This document shows, one piece after another, positions 27,758-37,630 of a stretch of 64,000 nucleotides of DNA. The position numbers were made by a program, and so were the translations under genes. This DNA comes from Helicobacter sp. MIT 00-7814 (GTDB lineage Bacteria; Campylobacterota; Campylobacteria; Campylobacterales; Helicobacteraceae). How positions within the stretch are numbered: position 1 is the stretch's first letter; each line of letters opens with the position of its first letter. Under the pieces are notes generated by a model, which was given only the letters and a program-made list of their open reading frames with translations, was not told where the DNA came from and did no database searches. The stretch lies in the NCBI RefSeq assembly GCF_003364115.1, contig NZ_NXLL01000007.1:18373-82372 (forward strand), written 5' to 3'.

Positions 27758-29113
27758 CTATTCAAACTCCACTAGCACCATTCCTGCAAAAGCATCATTT
27801 TTATAAAACTCCACGCGATAAATGCGCGCGTTTGTATCAATGGCAAACTTCTTAAAAAGCGCTTCTTTTTTCACCAAAGTGTCAAATTCATTTGGCGTTG
27901 GCGAGGTATCGCCTTTTTTGACAAAGCCAATCACATTTGCACGCACGCCAGAATTTGTGCTTTTTTCATCACGCGGTGTGTGGATAAGAAAGCTTTTTTT
28001 GGCTTTCACAAGCGAGCCGATTTTTACCTCTTGCCTCACGCCATCAATGTCAAACTCCACGCTTTGCAATGATTTGTCAAACTCCAAATACAAAGGATTT
28101 AGGCGCGCCATTGTGCGATTGCCATATTTTATATCCAAAGCCGTGCCTTGAGGCGCTTGAGAAAGCCCGAGAATTTTACTCTTAGATTCTATTTTCACGC
28201 TTTGCAAATCGTTCTTTGCGCTTAAAGGCATGGGGAAAAAATTTAGAGGAGATTTGAGAGAAAAGAGCGGAAGCGTAAGAATCTCATCAATTGTAAGCGT
28301 GATGCTTGGATCGTTGATGAGCTTTGCCACCACTTGGGGGTTAAGCTCAAAATTCCTTTCAAACTCAATCCCCACAGCCTTCAAAAATCCCTCAATCCCT
28401 AGCAAATGATAATATGTCTTTTCGCGCAGGGGCAGGGTTTTGGACGCTTCATGCGCGAAAGCTGGCTTATTGTGCGTGATGGCAAAAAATGTCAAGCTTT
28501 TTTGCATTTGCGTGTCTTTTTTGGCAGTTTCTGTGTTGCGCAAATGGTATTTGTGAAATGGCTTTAAAAGCCCGCTATTTGTATGGTTTATCACCACTTC
28601 GATGATATTTTTCAAATCCCCAAAAGGGCTTACATCAATAGAATCTTGATCGATTATCGAGCAATTTCCCCAACGTTTCGGACCAAAGGTTTCATTAATG
28701 TATTTTGGGCGATAAAAGCCACTTCCATCATGCATGTGGAAAATCGCCTGCACCTTTGAATCAAGAATCTGCTCTTTAATTTTTTGAATCACGCTAAATT
28801 CTGGATCATTTGGATCTAAATCCGCAAATTTGCGGTTTAAATCCCCATACACGCCCCGACTATTATAAAACATCGAGTGCGGGCTAAGCGTTGGGATCAC
28901 GCGCACACTGCCTTTTTTAATCGTGTAGTATTGCAAAAAAAGATTTGTGGCATTATACGCGCCGGGTTCATCGCCCTGAATCCCGCTCATTATAAGCACG
29001 CTTGGTCCTTGAGAATCTTCACTTGGCATATCATATACTTTAAAATCAATCGGCGCCACACCTGCGCACAGCGTGAATTTTAAAGCAAACATTAAAAGCA
29101 AAAAGATTCTCAT
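27758..29113 (-). CDS. csd4: peptidoglycan DL-carboxypeptidase of the Csd4/Pgp1 family (cell-shape determinant)
   Basis: signal peptide; Gln46, Glu49 (GIQGDE) and His128 (FHMHDGSG) at exactly the atypical zinc-ligand positions described for H. pylori Csd4; 451 aa three-domain size. Confidence 0.8.
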   Translation of the reverse strand: MRIFLLLMFALKFTLCAGVAPIDFKVYDMPSEDSQGPSVLIMSGIQGDEPGAYNATNLFLQYYTIKKGSVRVIPTLSPHSMFYNSRGVYGDLNRKFADLDPNDPEFSVIQKIKEQILDSKVQAIFHMHDGSGFYRPKYINETFGPKRWGNCSIIDQDSIDVSPFGDLKNIIEVVINHTNSGLLKPFHKYHLRNTETAKKDTQMQKSLTFFAITHNKPAFAHEASKTLPLREKTYYHLLGIEGFLKAVGIEFERNFELNPQVVAKLINDPSITLTIDEILTLPLFSLKSPLNFFPMPLSAKNDLQSVKIESKSKILGLSQAPQGTALDIKYGNRTMARLNPLYLEFDKSLQSVEFDIDGVRQEVKIGSLVKAKKSFLIHTPRDEKSTNSGVRANVIGFVKKGDTSPTPNEFDTLVKKEALFKKFAIDTNARIYRVEFYKNDAFAGMVLVEFE

Positions 29114-29261
29114 TTATTCCCCTTATTTTAAGAAAATTAAAATTTTAAGACAAAAAATCCCGCGATTATAGCATAACTTCGTCCTGCCTAAATGGAATAA
29201 AATGTGCTTAAAACTCACATATTTAAGGAGCTTTGAAAATCTTATTTAGCAAGGAAAAGTA

Positions 29262-29795
29262 ATGATAGATTCTAAGACTTTAGCGCAGATTTCTAGCGCG
29301 CAAACTACCCTTAATCGCGAGACTTCACAGCAGGCAAATAAGCGCTTTGGCGAGGATATAAAAGGCGTGAATGAATTTATTGGTGCTTTGCAAAGTGCGC
29401 AAATTGTGCTTGCAAAGATTCTCAAAATCGCGCAGGGTTGCTTGTATGATGCTGCTGATTTGCAACAAGCAAAAATAAGTGAATCTGAACTTACTTCTAA
29501 AAAATCCCTTGCCACAAGTGAAATCGCCTCGCTCGTGGCAGAAGCGCAGTTTTTAGGCACGCCACTTTTTGATACGAATCTAAGCGCGAATATTAATGGC
29601 ACAAAGCAAGAAATTTGCTTTACTTCCCCGCTAAGCTTAGCGCCTGATTTTCACGCGCTAAGTGCGTATGTGCAAGAAAAGCAAGAAGAGAGTATGCAGC
29701 TTTTGCTTCTTTTAAGCGAGGCGCTTAGCACGCCTTCAAATGCGCGCTTTGAAAGCGTGGATTCCAACGCGCTTGCGTCCATGCTAAAGGGCTAA
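29262..29795 (+). CDS. hypothetical protein (coiled-coil, possibly flagellar-associated)
   Basis: 177 aa, Q/A/L-rich; no firm motif. Confidence 0.3.
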   Translation: MIDSKTLAQISSAQTTLNRETSQQANKRFGEDIKGVNEFIGALQSAQIVLAKILKIAQGCLYDAADLQQAKISESELTSKKSLATSEIASLVAEAQFLGTPLFDTNLSANINGTKQEICFTSPLSLAPDFHALSAYVQEKQEESMQLLLLLSEALSTPSNARFESVDSNALASMLKG

Positions 29796-29796
29796 A

Positions 29797-31119
29797 ATGT
29801 TGCGTTTTGCGCCATCGCCAACGGGCGATATGCATATTGGGAACTTGCGCGCAGCGATTTTTAACTACATTATCGCTAAGCAAACAAATCAGCCATTTTT
29901 AATCCGCATTGAAGATACCGACACAGCGCGCAATATCGAGGGCAAAGACAAGGAGATTCTAAGCATTCTCAATCTCTTTGGGCTTTTGTGGGATAAGCTC
30001 GTGTATCAAAGTGAAAATTTCCCCCGCCATCGGCAGTTAGCAGAATATCTCATCGCGCAGGATAAGGCGTTTTATTGCTATTGTAGCAAGGAGTTTTTGG
30101 ATAAAAAGCGCGAGGAGGCAAAGGAGCAAAAGAGGGCGTTTCGCTATGATAGCGCATGGGCGGAGATTGAGAGAGATTCTAACCCAAAGCCTGTGGTGCG
30201 CTTGCGTGGGGCGGATAGAGAGATAAGCTTTGAAGACGCGATAAAAGGAAAGCTCACTTTCGCGCCAAATGAGGTGGAAAGCTTTGTGATTTTAAAAGAT
30301 GATGGGATTCCCACTTATAACTTTGCCTGCGCGGTAGATGATATGCTTTATGATGTGAGCTTTATCGTGCGTGGCGAGGATCATGTGAGCAATACGCCAA
30401 AGCAGATTCTCGTGCATAAATCTTTGGGCTATGACAAAAATATCGGCTACGCGCATTTGCCAATCATTTTGGGCGAGAATGGAAGCAAAATGAGCAAGCG
30501 CGATAGCGCATCAAGTGTGAGCTGGCTTTTAGAGCAGGGCTACTTGCCACAGGCGATTTGTAACTATCTCATCGGTATGGGGAACAAAACGCCATGCGAG
30601 GTGTTTAAATTGCAAGATGCGCTTGAGTGGTTTGATATTAAAAATGTCGCAAAAGCGCCGGTGAAGTTTGATATCAAGCGTCTGCGTTATTTGAATAGAG
30701 AGCATTTGAAGCGGCTCAATGAATCTGAACTCGCACTTCTTTTGCAATCAAGCGATGCGAGTATCGGCGCGATTGCAAAGCTGCATTTACAAGAAGCTAG
30801 CACGCTTAATGAAATCCGCGAGAAAATGGATTGTATTTTCGCGCCAAAGGATATTTACGCGCTTTATGAAGGGCAGGATTTTAGCAAGGAAGCGCAGATT
30901 CTCTACAATGCACTGCAGGAACTCATACAAGCAGAATCTAGCGCCTTGCAAGAATATGAAAGTCTGAAAGAAGCTCTCTTAGCGCGCACAAACCTAAAAG
31001 GCAAAAGCTTTTTTAAGCCCTTGCGTATTTTGCTAACAGGCAATTCTCATGGATTAGAGCTAAACGAGCTGTATCCATACTTGCGATTTTTCTTAAATGG
31101 GATTGTGAGGCTGAGGTAA
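29797..31119 (+). CDS. gltX: glutamyl-tRNA synthetase
   Basis: HIGH-type motif (SPTGDMHIGNLR) and KMSKR motif (SKMSKRD); 440 aa. Confidence 0.9.
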   Translation: MLRFAPSPTGDMHIGNLRAAIFNYIIAKQTNQPFLIRIEDTDTARNIEGKDKEILSILNLFGLLWDKLVYQSENFPRHRQLAEYLIAQDKAFYCYCSKEFLDKKREEAKEQKRAFRYDSAWAEIERDSNPKPVVRLRGADREISFEDAIKGKLTFAPNEVESFVILKDDGIPTYNFACAVDDMLYDVSFIVRGEDHVSNTPKQILVHKSLGYDKNIGYAHLPIILGENGSKMSKRDSASSVSWLLEQGYLPQAICNYLIGMGNKTPCEVFKLQDALEWFDIKNVAKAPVKFDIKRLRYLNREHLKRLNESELALLLQSSDASIGAIAKLHLQEASTLNEIREKMDCIFAPKDIYALYEGQDFSKEAQILYNALQELIQAESSALQEYESLKEALLARTNLKGKSFFKPLRILLTGNSHGLELNELYPYLRFFLNGIVRLR

Positions 31120-31278
31120 ATTGATCGATAAAAAAATAGATTCTAAACAGCCAAATCGCGCGAGGAATCTCTTTCGATCTTAATCAAGGTTTTGATTAAA
31201 AATCTTTAATCATTTTCAGCCCATATTTGCTACAATGCGCGGGATTTTTTTATATTTTTAAAATAGAAGGCAAAAGTT

Positions 31279-32769
31279 ATGTATGCAGATTCTGCGTTGA
31301 GTTTGGTGGTGCCGATTTTTGTGATTGCGCTTGTGTTTATCACAAAGCGCGTGGTGCTTTCACTGCTTTTGGGTATCGTGCTTGCGAGTTTTATGATGAA
31401 AGGGAGCGATATTTTTGGCGCGGTGGAATATGTGATAACAAAGATTGGCGCGGTGTTTTATGAAGATGGCGCGCTTAATATGCAAAGCGTGTATGTGTTT
31501 GGATTTTTGCTCTTGCTTGGAATCTTAACGCAGCTTATGAGCCACTCTGGCGGTATTGGCGCATTTGTGAAATGGGCTAGGAAGCGCGTCAAAAGTGCGC
31601 GAGGTTCGGAATTTGTGGCTTTTATCGCGGGGATTGTGATTTTTATTGATGATTATTTTAATGCTTTGAGCGTGGGGCAGATTAGCAAATCCTTAAATGA
31701 CGCTAATCACTCTACGCGCGAACGCCTTGCGTATGTGATTGATTCTACTTCTGCGCCGGTTTGCATTTTGATGCCCATTTCTAGCTGGGGCGCGTATATC
31801 CTCGTGCAGTTGGATAAAAATTTTAGCGGAGATAATTTTTTGCTTTTGTTTGAAAGCATTTGGGCGAATTTTTATGCGTGGTTTGCGCTTTTGGGCGTGT
31901 TTTTGACAATTTTATGGCAGATTAATTTGCCCGCTATGCACAAATATCGAAATGTCGGTGTGGTGGAGAGCTTCGAGCTAGATTCTAGCAAAAATACGAG
32001 CGTGTGGCTTTTAGTCATTCCTGTCCTTGCGCTTATTTGCTTTGTGGCGGGGCTTATTTTTTACACCGGCTATCGCAATAGCGGGGAGTTTAACCTTATT
32101 TCAATGCTAGGCAAAACGGACACGGGATTTTCACTTTTTTGGGGTGGATTTGGCGCGTTTATCCTCACAATTTTGCTTTCTTTTAAGAATCTAAAGCTAG
32201 CGGATTTTGCGCCAATATTTAGGCAAGGAAGTGCGGCGATGTTGCCTGCGTGCCTTATTTTGGTGCTTGCGTGGGCGATAGGACCGATTATCAAAGATGA
32301 CTTAAGCACGGGGCAATATTTGGCAAATCTTAGCCGTGAATTTTTAGAATCTAGCACGATGAATGCGAGCTTTGTGATTGTTTTGGTGAGCTTTCTTATC
32401 TCTGGGTTTATCGCATTTTGCACAGGCACGAGTTGGGCGACTTTTGCGATTATGATTCCCATCGGGGCGAGTTTGGCGCAGGTGAATGGGATTGAAATCG
32501 TGCTTGTGATTTCTGCGATTTTGAGTGGTGCGGTGTTTGGCGATCATGCCTCGCCCATTTCTGATACGACTATTCTTTCAGCCACAGGGGCTGGGTGCTC
32601 GGTGCAGAGCCACTTTTTGACGCAGTTACCTTATGTTTGCACGGCGGCATTTATTGCGCTTGTGTGCTTTAGTATCGCTGGACTTAGCGGATCGATTTTG
32701 CTCGCACATTGCGTAGGTTTGGCGCTTGGAGTAGGGATATTTTATTTGTATAAGCGGGCGTATTGCTAG
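31279..32769 (+). CDS. NhaC-family Na+/H+ antiporter
   Basis: 496 aa, 11-12 TM, NhaC-family conserved segments (DSTSAPV, ISDTTILS). Confidence 0.8.
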   Translation: MYADSALSLVVPIFVIALVFITKRVVLSLLLGIVLASFMMKGSDIFGAVEYVITKIGAVFYEDGALNMQSVYVFGFLLLLGILTQLMSHSGGIGAFVKWARKRVKSARGSEFVAFIAGIVIFIDDYFNALSVGQISKSLNDANHSTRERLAYVIDSTSAPVCILMPISSWGAYILVQLDKNFSGDNFLLLFESIWANFYAWFALLGVFLTILWQINLPAMHKYRNVGVVESFELDSSKNTSVWLLVIPVLALICFVAGLIFYTGYRNSGEFNLISMLGKTDTGFSLFWGGFGAFILTILLSFKNLKLADFAPIFRQGSAAMLPACLILVLAWAIGPIIKDDLSTGQYLANLSREFLESSTMNASFVIVLVSFLISGFIAFCTGTSWATFAIMIPIGASLAQVNGIEIVLVISAILSGAVFGDHASPISDTTILSATGAGCSVQSHFLTQLPYVCTAAFIALVCFSIAGLSGSILLAHCVGLALGVGIFYLYKRAYC

Positions 32770-32772
32770 GAT

Positions 32773-33798
32773 ATGCCTTTGCTTTTTTCCTCTTTGCCTT
32801 TGGTGCAACAGCGCATTTTAGAATGGTATGGCAAAGCTGGGCGTAAAGAGCTTCCATGGCGCAACCTTAGGCGTGATGGGAGCGAGGCGTATGGCGTGTA
32901 TGTGAGCGAGATTATGCTACAGCAGACACAGGTTTCGCGCGTTTTGGAGTCTTTTTATTTTCCATTTTTAGAGCGATTTCCGACTTTGCGCGCACTAAGT
33001 GACGCGCAAGAATCTGAAGTGCTTTTGTTATGGCAGGGGCTAGGCTACTATTCCCGCGCGCGCAATATGCGAAAATGCGCACAAATTTGCGTGAGGGATT
33101 ATGGCGCGCGGCTGCCCGCAGATGTGGAATCTCTAAAGCAACTTCCGGGCATTGGGAGCTACACAGCAGGGGCGATTGCGTGTTTTGGCTTTGGGGAGAG
33201 TGTAGGATTTGTGGATTCTAATATTAAGCGACTTTTTGCGCGCCTTTTTGCGTTGCAAAATCCAACTCAAAAAGAGCTTGAAAGTCTCGCGCAACGCCTG
33301 CTTAATAAAGATGCGAGTTTTGATCACAATCAAGCTTTGCTTGATTTGGGGGCGCTTATTTGCACGCCTGCCCCGCGTTGCTTGATTTGCCCTTTGAGTG
33401 AATTTTGTCAAGGCAAAGCTGCGCCTATGCAATACCCTTTGAAAACTGCCAAAAAATATGAGAATCTGCATCTTAAGCTTTGTATTTTTTATACGCGGGA
33501 TTCTGAAGGTATTTGCTTTGCGCTTCAAAAGGCAGAAAGTGGCTTGTATGCGGGGCTTTATAATCTGCCACATTTGGGGGATTTCTCATCTGAGCAACAA
33601 GCCAAAGCGCGCTATATAGGGGATTTTAAGCATTCTTATACAAAATACAAAATCACTGCTTCTGTGTATGCACTAGAATTCCCGCTAGATTCTAAAAATC
33701 CATTAGGTAGCGACTTTGTTTTCGCGCATTTGGGGGATTTACTGCCGATTTCAAACCTCACTAAAAAGGCATTGAAATTTATGGGCGCTATTACCTAA
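32773..33798 (+). CDS. mutY: A/G-specific adenine DNA glycosylase
   Basis: HhH-GPD motif (LPGIGSYTAGAIACFGF), 4Fe-4S Cys cluster (C..PRCLICP...C), C-terminal MutT-like domain. Confidence 0.85.
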   Translation: MPLLFSSLPLVQQRILEWYGKAGRKELPWRNLRRDGSEAYGVYVSEIMLQQTQVSRVLESFYFPFLERFPTLRALSDAQESEVLLLWQGLGYYSRARNMRKCAQICVRDYGARLPADVESLKQLPGIGSYTAGAIACFGFGESVGFVDSNIKRLFARLFALQNPTQKELESLAQRLLNKDASFDHNQALLDLGALICTPAPRCLICPLSEFCQGKAAPMQYPLKTAKKYENLHLKLCIFYTRDSEGICFALQKAESGLYAGLYNLPHLGDFSSEQQAKARYIGDFKHSYTKYKITASVYALEFPLDSKNPLGSDFVFAHLGDLLPISNLTKKALKFMGAIT

Positions 33799-33810
33799 TT
33801 AAATGTATCA

Positions 33811-33835
33811 CTCATAAGAGTGAAACTCTTATGAG
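33811..33835. terminator. perfect 10-bp stem hairpin (ctcataagag-tgaaa-ctcttatgag) between convergent mutY and slyD
   Basis: seen directly; no strong T-run, so intrinsic-terminator function is uncertain. Confidence 0.35.
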
Positions 33836-34020
33836 CTCCGCTCCGCTTTCAACTGCGCGGAAATAAATTCCGCTTTGTTTCCAACTGCGCGCACATACAA
33901 AGCCTTTTTGTATTGTTTGGATTCTGTAGATTCTTTAACGCTATTTGGTTGTTTGAGAATCTGCTCCTTTTTATTTTGGTATCGCCTCTGATCCAGCTCC
34001 GCACACATACATGAGCTTTT
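33836..34020. repeat. dispersed GC-rich repeat element, copy A (about 80% identical to the reverse complement of 42535-42670)
   Basis: shared blocks ctccgctccgcttccaactgcgcggaa...ttccgctttgtttcc...gattctgtagattct(t/g)taacgctatttggt. Confidence 0.55.
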
Positions 34021-34101
34021 TTAATTGCTAAGGTTATGGGATTGTATTATAAGGGGTTGAGGTTAGAGAATCTCACTAGATTCTCTAAAATGTAGTAAAT
34101 A

Positions 34102-34650
34102 TTAATGTCCGCAGCCACAACCGCCACTACTGCAGCAGCCACCGCGTCCGCCATGATCATGTCCGCCCTCGCTTCCACAGCCACAGCCTCCACCTACGCC
34201 ACCTTGCAAGATTTCAAGCTCGCTCGCATCGCGCACACCAAGCACTTTCACTTCAAAGCTAAGCGCTTTCCCAGCTAGCGGGTGATTGTAGTCGATAATC
34301 ACAACTTCATCATTAAAGCCCTTCACAATCACTTGCGTAGTCTGCCCATCATCGCTTTGTCCAAAAAGCGTCATGCCTTCTTTTAAATCAATGCCACTAA
34401 ACTGCTCGCGCGCCACCTCTTGGATAAGATCGGCTTGATACACGCCATAGGCATCTTCAGGCTTTATCTCTGTTTTGATAACTTCGCCTGTTTTCTTGCC
34501 TAAAAGTGCATTTTCTAAGCCAGCGATGACTTGATTTGCCCCGACTAAAAATTCTAGCGGTGCGCCACCTTTGTTGGAATCTATAATATTCCCACTTTGC
34601 GTATCGATTACCTCATATTCAATACTTGCTACTTTGTTTTTTTCAATCAT
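34102..34650 (-). CDS. slyD: FKBP-type peptidyl-prolyl cis-trans isomerase SlyD with His/Cys-rich metal-binding tail
   Basis: FKBP + IF-chaperone domains; C-terminus GGGCGCGSEGGHDHGGRGGCCSSGGCGCGH. Confidence 0.85.
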   Translation of the reverse strand: MIEKNKVASIEYEVIDTQSGNIIDSNKGGAPLEFLVGANQVIAGLENALLGKKTGEVIKTEIKPEDAYGVYQADLIQEVAREQFSGIDLKEGMTLFGQSDDGQTTQVIVKGFNDEVVIIDYNHPLAGKALSFEVKVLGVRDASELEILQGGVGGGCGCGSEGGHDHGGRGGCCSSGGCGCGH

Positions 34651-34661
34651 TTTTATTTCCT

Positions 34662-35540
34662 TTATTTTGTTGATTTGGGTTTGTTGGAATTTTTGCTTTG
34701 TAGCTCCCTTGCTTGGGCTGCCTCTTTGCTCTTTGGATAGTTTGCAATAAGGGCTTCCAAGAAGTTATTATAATTTGTTAAATCTTTAATCCCCTTGAAA
34801 GACAGCGCACTATGAAGCAAAAGTGTGGGGATATATTTGCCTTGCTCGCTTAAACCAACACTTTGCTTATAATAGCGGATAGCAAGGTTATAGTCTTTTT
34901 GCAAATACGCCACCTCGCCTAGGTAAAAAAGTACCTCTGGTTGATTGTAATTTAGACTTTTAAGCCATAACAAAATTTCTTTAGAATCCTTATAGCGCTT
35001 TGCGTTAAGATGTTCTTTTGCCTGTGCGAAAAGTTCTGGTTGCTTTGTTTTATCAAAAGTCTTTGGTTTAGAATCTTGAGGCTTTTTAGATTCTTGCGTG
35101 GTTGCTTTTGGCGCATTATTAGCGTTGAGCTTTTCTAATTGCGTAAGGATAGAATCTTGAGTTTTCACCACAAGCGCTTGCATTTCTTTGATTTGAGATT
35201 GCAGAAGTGTGATATTTTTGGTGTTTTCCTCGCTTTGCTTTTTGAGATTTTCTAGCTCTGTTTTTAGCGCTAGAATCTCTTGCTCATTTGTCAGCGCCTT
35301 GTTTGCAGTGGTTTGGAGCTTTTGACTTTGGGATTCATAGAGACTTTGCAAGCCCTCTTGAGACTGCTTGATTCCATCTGTTTGAGATTGTAGATTTTCG
35401 ATGACATTATTAAGGCTTTGGATTGAGTTTTGCAGAGTGGATAAATCTTTTTTTGTAGCACCACTTTGCTTTTCAAATGCGGAAGGCTCTTTGGCAAAGC
35501 TAAAAAGCACAAGGAGCAAAAAAAGTGAAAATACCTTCAT
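34662..35540 (-). CDS. cpoB: Tol-Pal system protein YbgF/CpoB (coiled coil + TPR)
   Basis: signal peptide, long coiled coil, C-terminal TPR-like repeats; immediately downstream of pal and tolB. Confidence 0.65.
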   Translation of the reverse strand: MKVFSLFLLLVLFSFAKEPSAFEKQSGATKKDLSTLQNSIQSLNNVIENLQSQTDGIKQSQEGLQSLYESQSQKLQTTANKALTNEQEILALKTELENLKKQSEENTKNITLLQSQIKEMQALVVKTQDSILTQLEKLNANNAPKATTQESKKPQDSKPKTFDKTKQPELFAQAKEHLNAKRYKDSKEILLWLKSLNYNQPEVLFYLGEVAYLQKDYNLAIRYYKQSVGLSEQGKYIPTLLLHSALSFKGIKDLTNYNNFLEALIANYPKSKEAAQARELQSKNSNKPKSTK

Positions 35541-35578
35541 CGCCTTCCTTGCGCTTGCTTTTTAATGTTTTGTGGCAA

Positions 35579-36136
35579 TTATTGCACGACTTTAAATTCA
35601 ACGCGTCTATTTGCTTGATAGCATTCTTTTGTGGGTTGTGTGCATACAGGCTTGCTTTCACCATAAGTAACGGTTGAGATATTTTGAGAATCTACACCGC
35701 GTGTAGTGAGTGCATTTTTCACAGAATCTGCGCGTTTTTTGCCAAGTGCGAAGTTATATTCATCGCTTCCAAATGAGTCTGTATTGCCTTCTAATACGAC
35801 TTTTACGCCGGCATTTTTTAGCGCATTTGCTGCTTCATCTACTCTTTCTACCATGCTTGCTTGTATATCGTATTTATCAAATTTAAAAAGGATATTTTTC
35901 AAGCTTGAGCTATCAGGCTGCACGAAATTATCAGTGCCTGTTTGTGTAGTTTGTGCAGTTTGTGTGGTAGTGCCTGTAGAAGCATCTACAACTTGCACAT
36001 TTTGCGCATCAGCCCCTTGCACTGCTACCGCGCCACTTCCGCCTGTTGTCACAGTCGCATCATCGCCACAACCACTCAAAAATAGCATGCCCCCAACAAG
36101 GCTTCCAAATAAGCCAAGAGTTAAAACCTTTTTCAT
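35579..36136 (-). CDS. pal: peptidoglycan-associated lipoprotein (OmpA-family)
   Basis: lipobox LSGC; OmpA_C domain motifs (NTDSFGSDEYNFALGKKRA). Confidence 0.85.
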   Translation of the reverse strand: MKKVLTLGLFGSLVGGMLFLSGCGDDATVTTGGSGAVAVQGADAQNVQVVDASTGTTTQTAQTTQTGTDNFVQPDSSSLKNILFKFDKYDIQASMVERVDEAANALKNAGVKVVLEGNTDSFGSDEYNFALGKKRADSVKNALTTRGVDSQNISTVTYGESKPVCTQPTKECYQANRRVEFKVVQ

Positions 36137-36237
36137 TTCATCGCTCCTTGTGTAAAAGTCTCAATATTATAGCCTCTAAATATTTTTTGTCAAGGAATAC
36201 AATCACACTTCCTAAACAACCGCATAAACGCGTATTC

Positions 36238-37500
36238 TTACCAATCATAGGCTTGAATCTTCACCTTTGGCAAAGGGAAAAAGTAGCTTTTATTATAATC
36301 TAAGCGGATAATGCCTAGCGCGCTTTGATTTGCAGTGTGCTTGATAAACATAATATTGCTTCCATCTTTTGAAAATGTCGGCATTTGATTTGAGCCTTCA
36401 CTTGTTAAGCGACGGATATAATCTGAGTTAAGCGCGATAAGATAGATATTAAAAGTGTTTGCGCCAAACTCATTGTTGCTTTCCCTGCTTGTATAAACTA
36501 CTCTTTTATCATGGCTTGAGACAGAGCTATTATTGCGCCCGTGGAAAACGACTTGCTCCACCGCGCCACCATCAATGCTTGTGGAAAATACATTTGGATA
36601 GCCTAGCCTATCAGAGATAAATACCACTTCCTTTTCGTTGTTGATAAACTTCCCGCCTACATCAATGCCAGAAAAGGTTGTAAGTTTTTTTAGATTCTTT
36701 GCATTGACATCATAGAGATACACATCAGCCGCGCTTCCAGCAGGTGTGAGTGATAAAAGCAGTTTTGAGCCATCTTCGCTTACATCAGAGACTACCGCCA
36801 TACCATCGCTACTTACCACGCCTTCAATTGCATTTGTGAGCAAATCATATTTCAAAATCGTTGGTTTATTGTCAATGTATTTTGTGAAGTAAAGAACGCT
36901 TTTATTCTTATTGCCCCATTTTGGGAAAATATTAAACCCGCCTTTGATGATTTCTTTTTGAAAAGTAAGCGTGTAATCAGCCAGCATAATATCCGCATTC
37001 CCAGAAGTCGTGTATTTTGAAAGCACGACAGGTTGTTTTACCCATTCAATGCTCGGGGCTTTGATATAAGCGTTAATATCACTTGCCATTGCATGCGCGA
37101 CAAAGGGAAACTCTGCCAAAGATTCCCTATTATAACTGCGCTCTAGCACCTTTGAAGCGGAATTCACATCATAAAGCGCGAGATTCCCAATCACGCCACC
37201 GCTTTTTTTTGTCACACTCACACGCGCGATGAGATCGATTTTTTTGTCCTTATAGCTTTGAAAATCAATAGAAGAATCTTTCACATCGCCACTTTTTTCC
37301 ACTTGAAAATGACTGCTCACACGCAAATCCGCATCAAGATGGGCGATGACTTTTTGCCCATACTCGCTATTGTCAGAAATATGCTCGATTGTGATAAATG
37401 GAAGTTTGCTAGAATTTTTGACAATCTCTAGCGTGGCGTCAATCCCAAAGAGATTCCCACAAAAAAATACAATAAACACACAAGCAAAACGCCTTAGCAT
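36238..37500 (-). CDS. tolB: Tol-Pal system beta-propeller protein TolB
   Basis: 420 aa, signal peptide, N-terminal TolB domain plus WD40-like beta-propeller repeats; gene order tolB-pal-ybgF. Confidence 0.85.
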   Translation of the reverse strand: MLRRFACVFIVFFCGNLFGIDATLEIVKNSSKLPFITIEHISDNSEYGQKVIAHLDADLRVSSHFQVEKSGDVKDSSIDFQSYKDKKIDLIARVSVTKKSGGVIGNLALYDVNSASKVLERSYNRESLAEFPFVAHAMASDINAYIKAPSIEWVKQPVVLSKYTTSGNADIMLADYTLTFQKEIIKGGFNIFPKWGNKNKSVLYFTKYIDNKPTILKYDLLTNAIEGVVSSDGMAVVSDVSEDGSKLLLSLTPAGSAADVYLYDVNAKNLKKLTTFSGIDVGGKFINNEKEVVFISDRLGYPNVFSTSIDGGAVEQVVFHGRNNSSVSSHDKRVVYTSRESNNEFGANTFNIYLIALNSDYIRRLTSEGSNQMPTFSKDGSNIMFIKHTANQSALGIIRLDYNKSYFFPLPKVKIQAYDW

Positions 37501-37630
37501 GCAAACTCCTTTGAGATAATTTGAGCACGCATTATACTAAGATTCTCTTTGAGAAATTTAATTGCGCGCTTTGTTTTGTAATTTATGACAGCACTTTGCG
37601 TGCCTTTTTAAAATTATCGAGATTGAGAAT

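Noticed and set aside
33836-34020. Possibility that the repeat elements are a CRISPR array or an IS element
   Set aside because: Only single copies at each locus, no regular repeat-spacer periodicity, no cas or transposase genes nearby, and no terminal inverted repeats flanking a coding region.
34102-34200. Low-complexity GC-rich stretch at the 3' end of slyD
   Set aside because: It encodes the known His/Cys/Gly-rich metal-binding tail of SlyD in frame; it is not a non-coding repeat.
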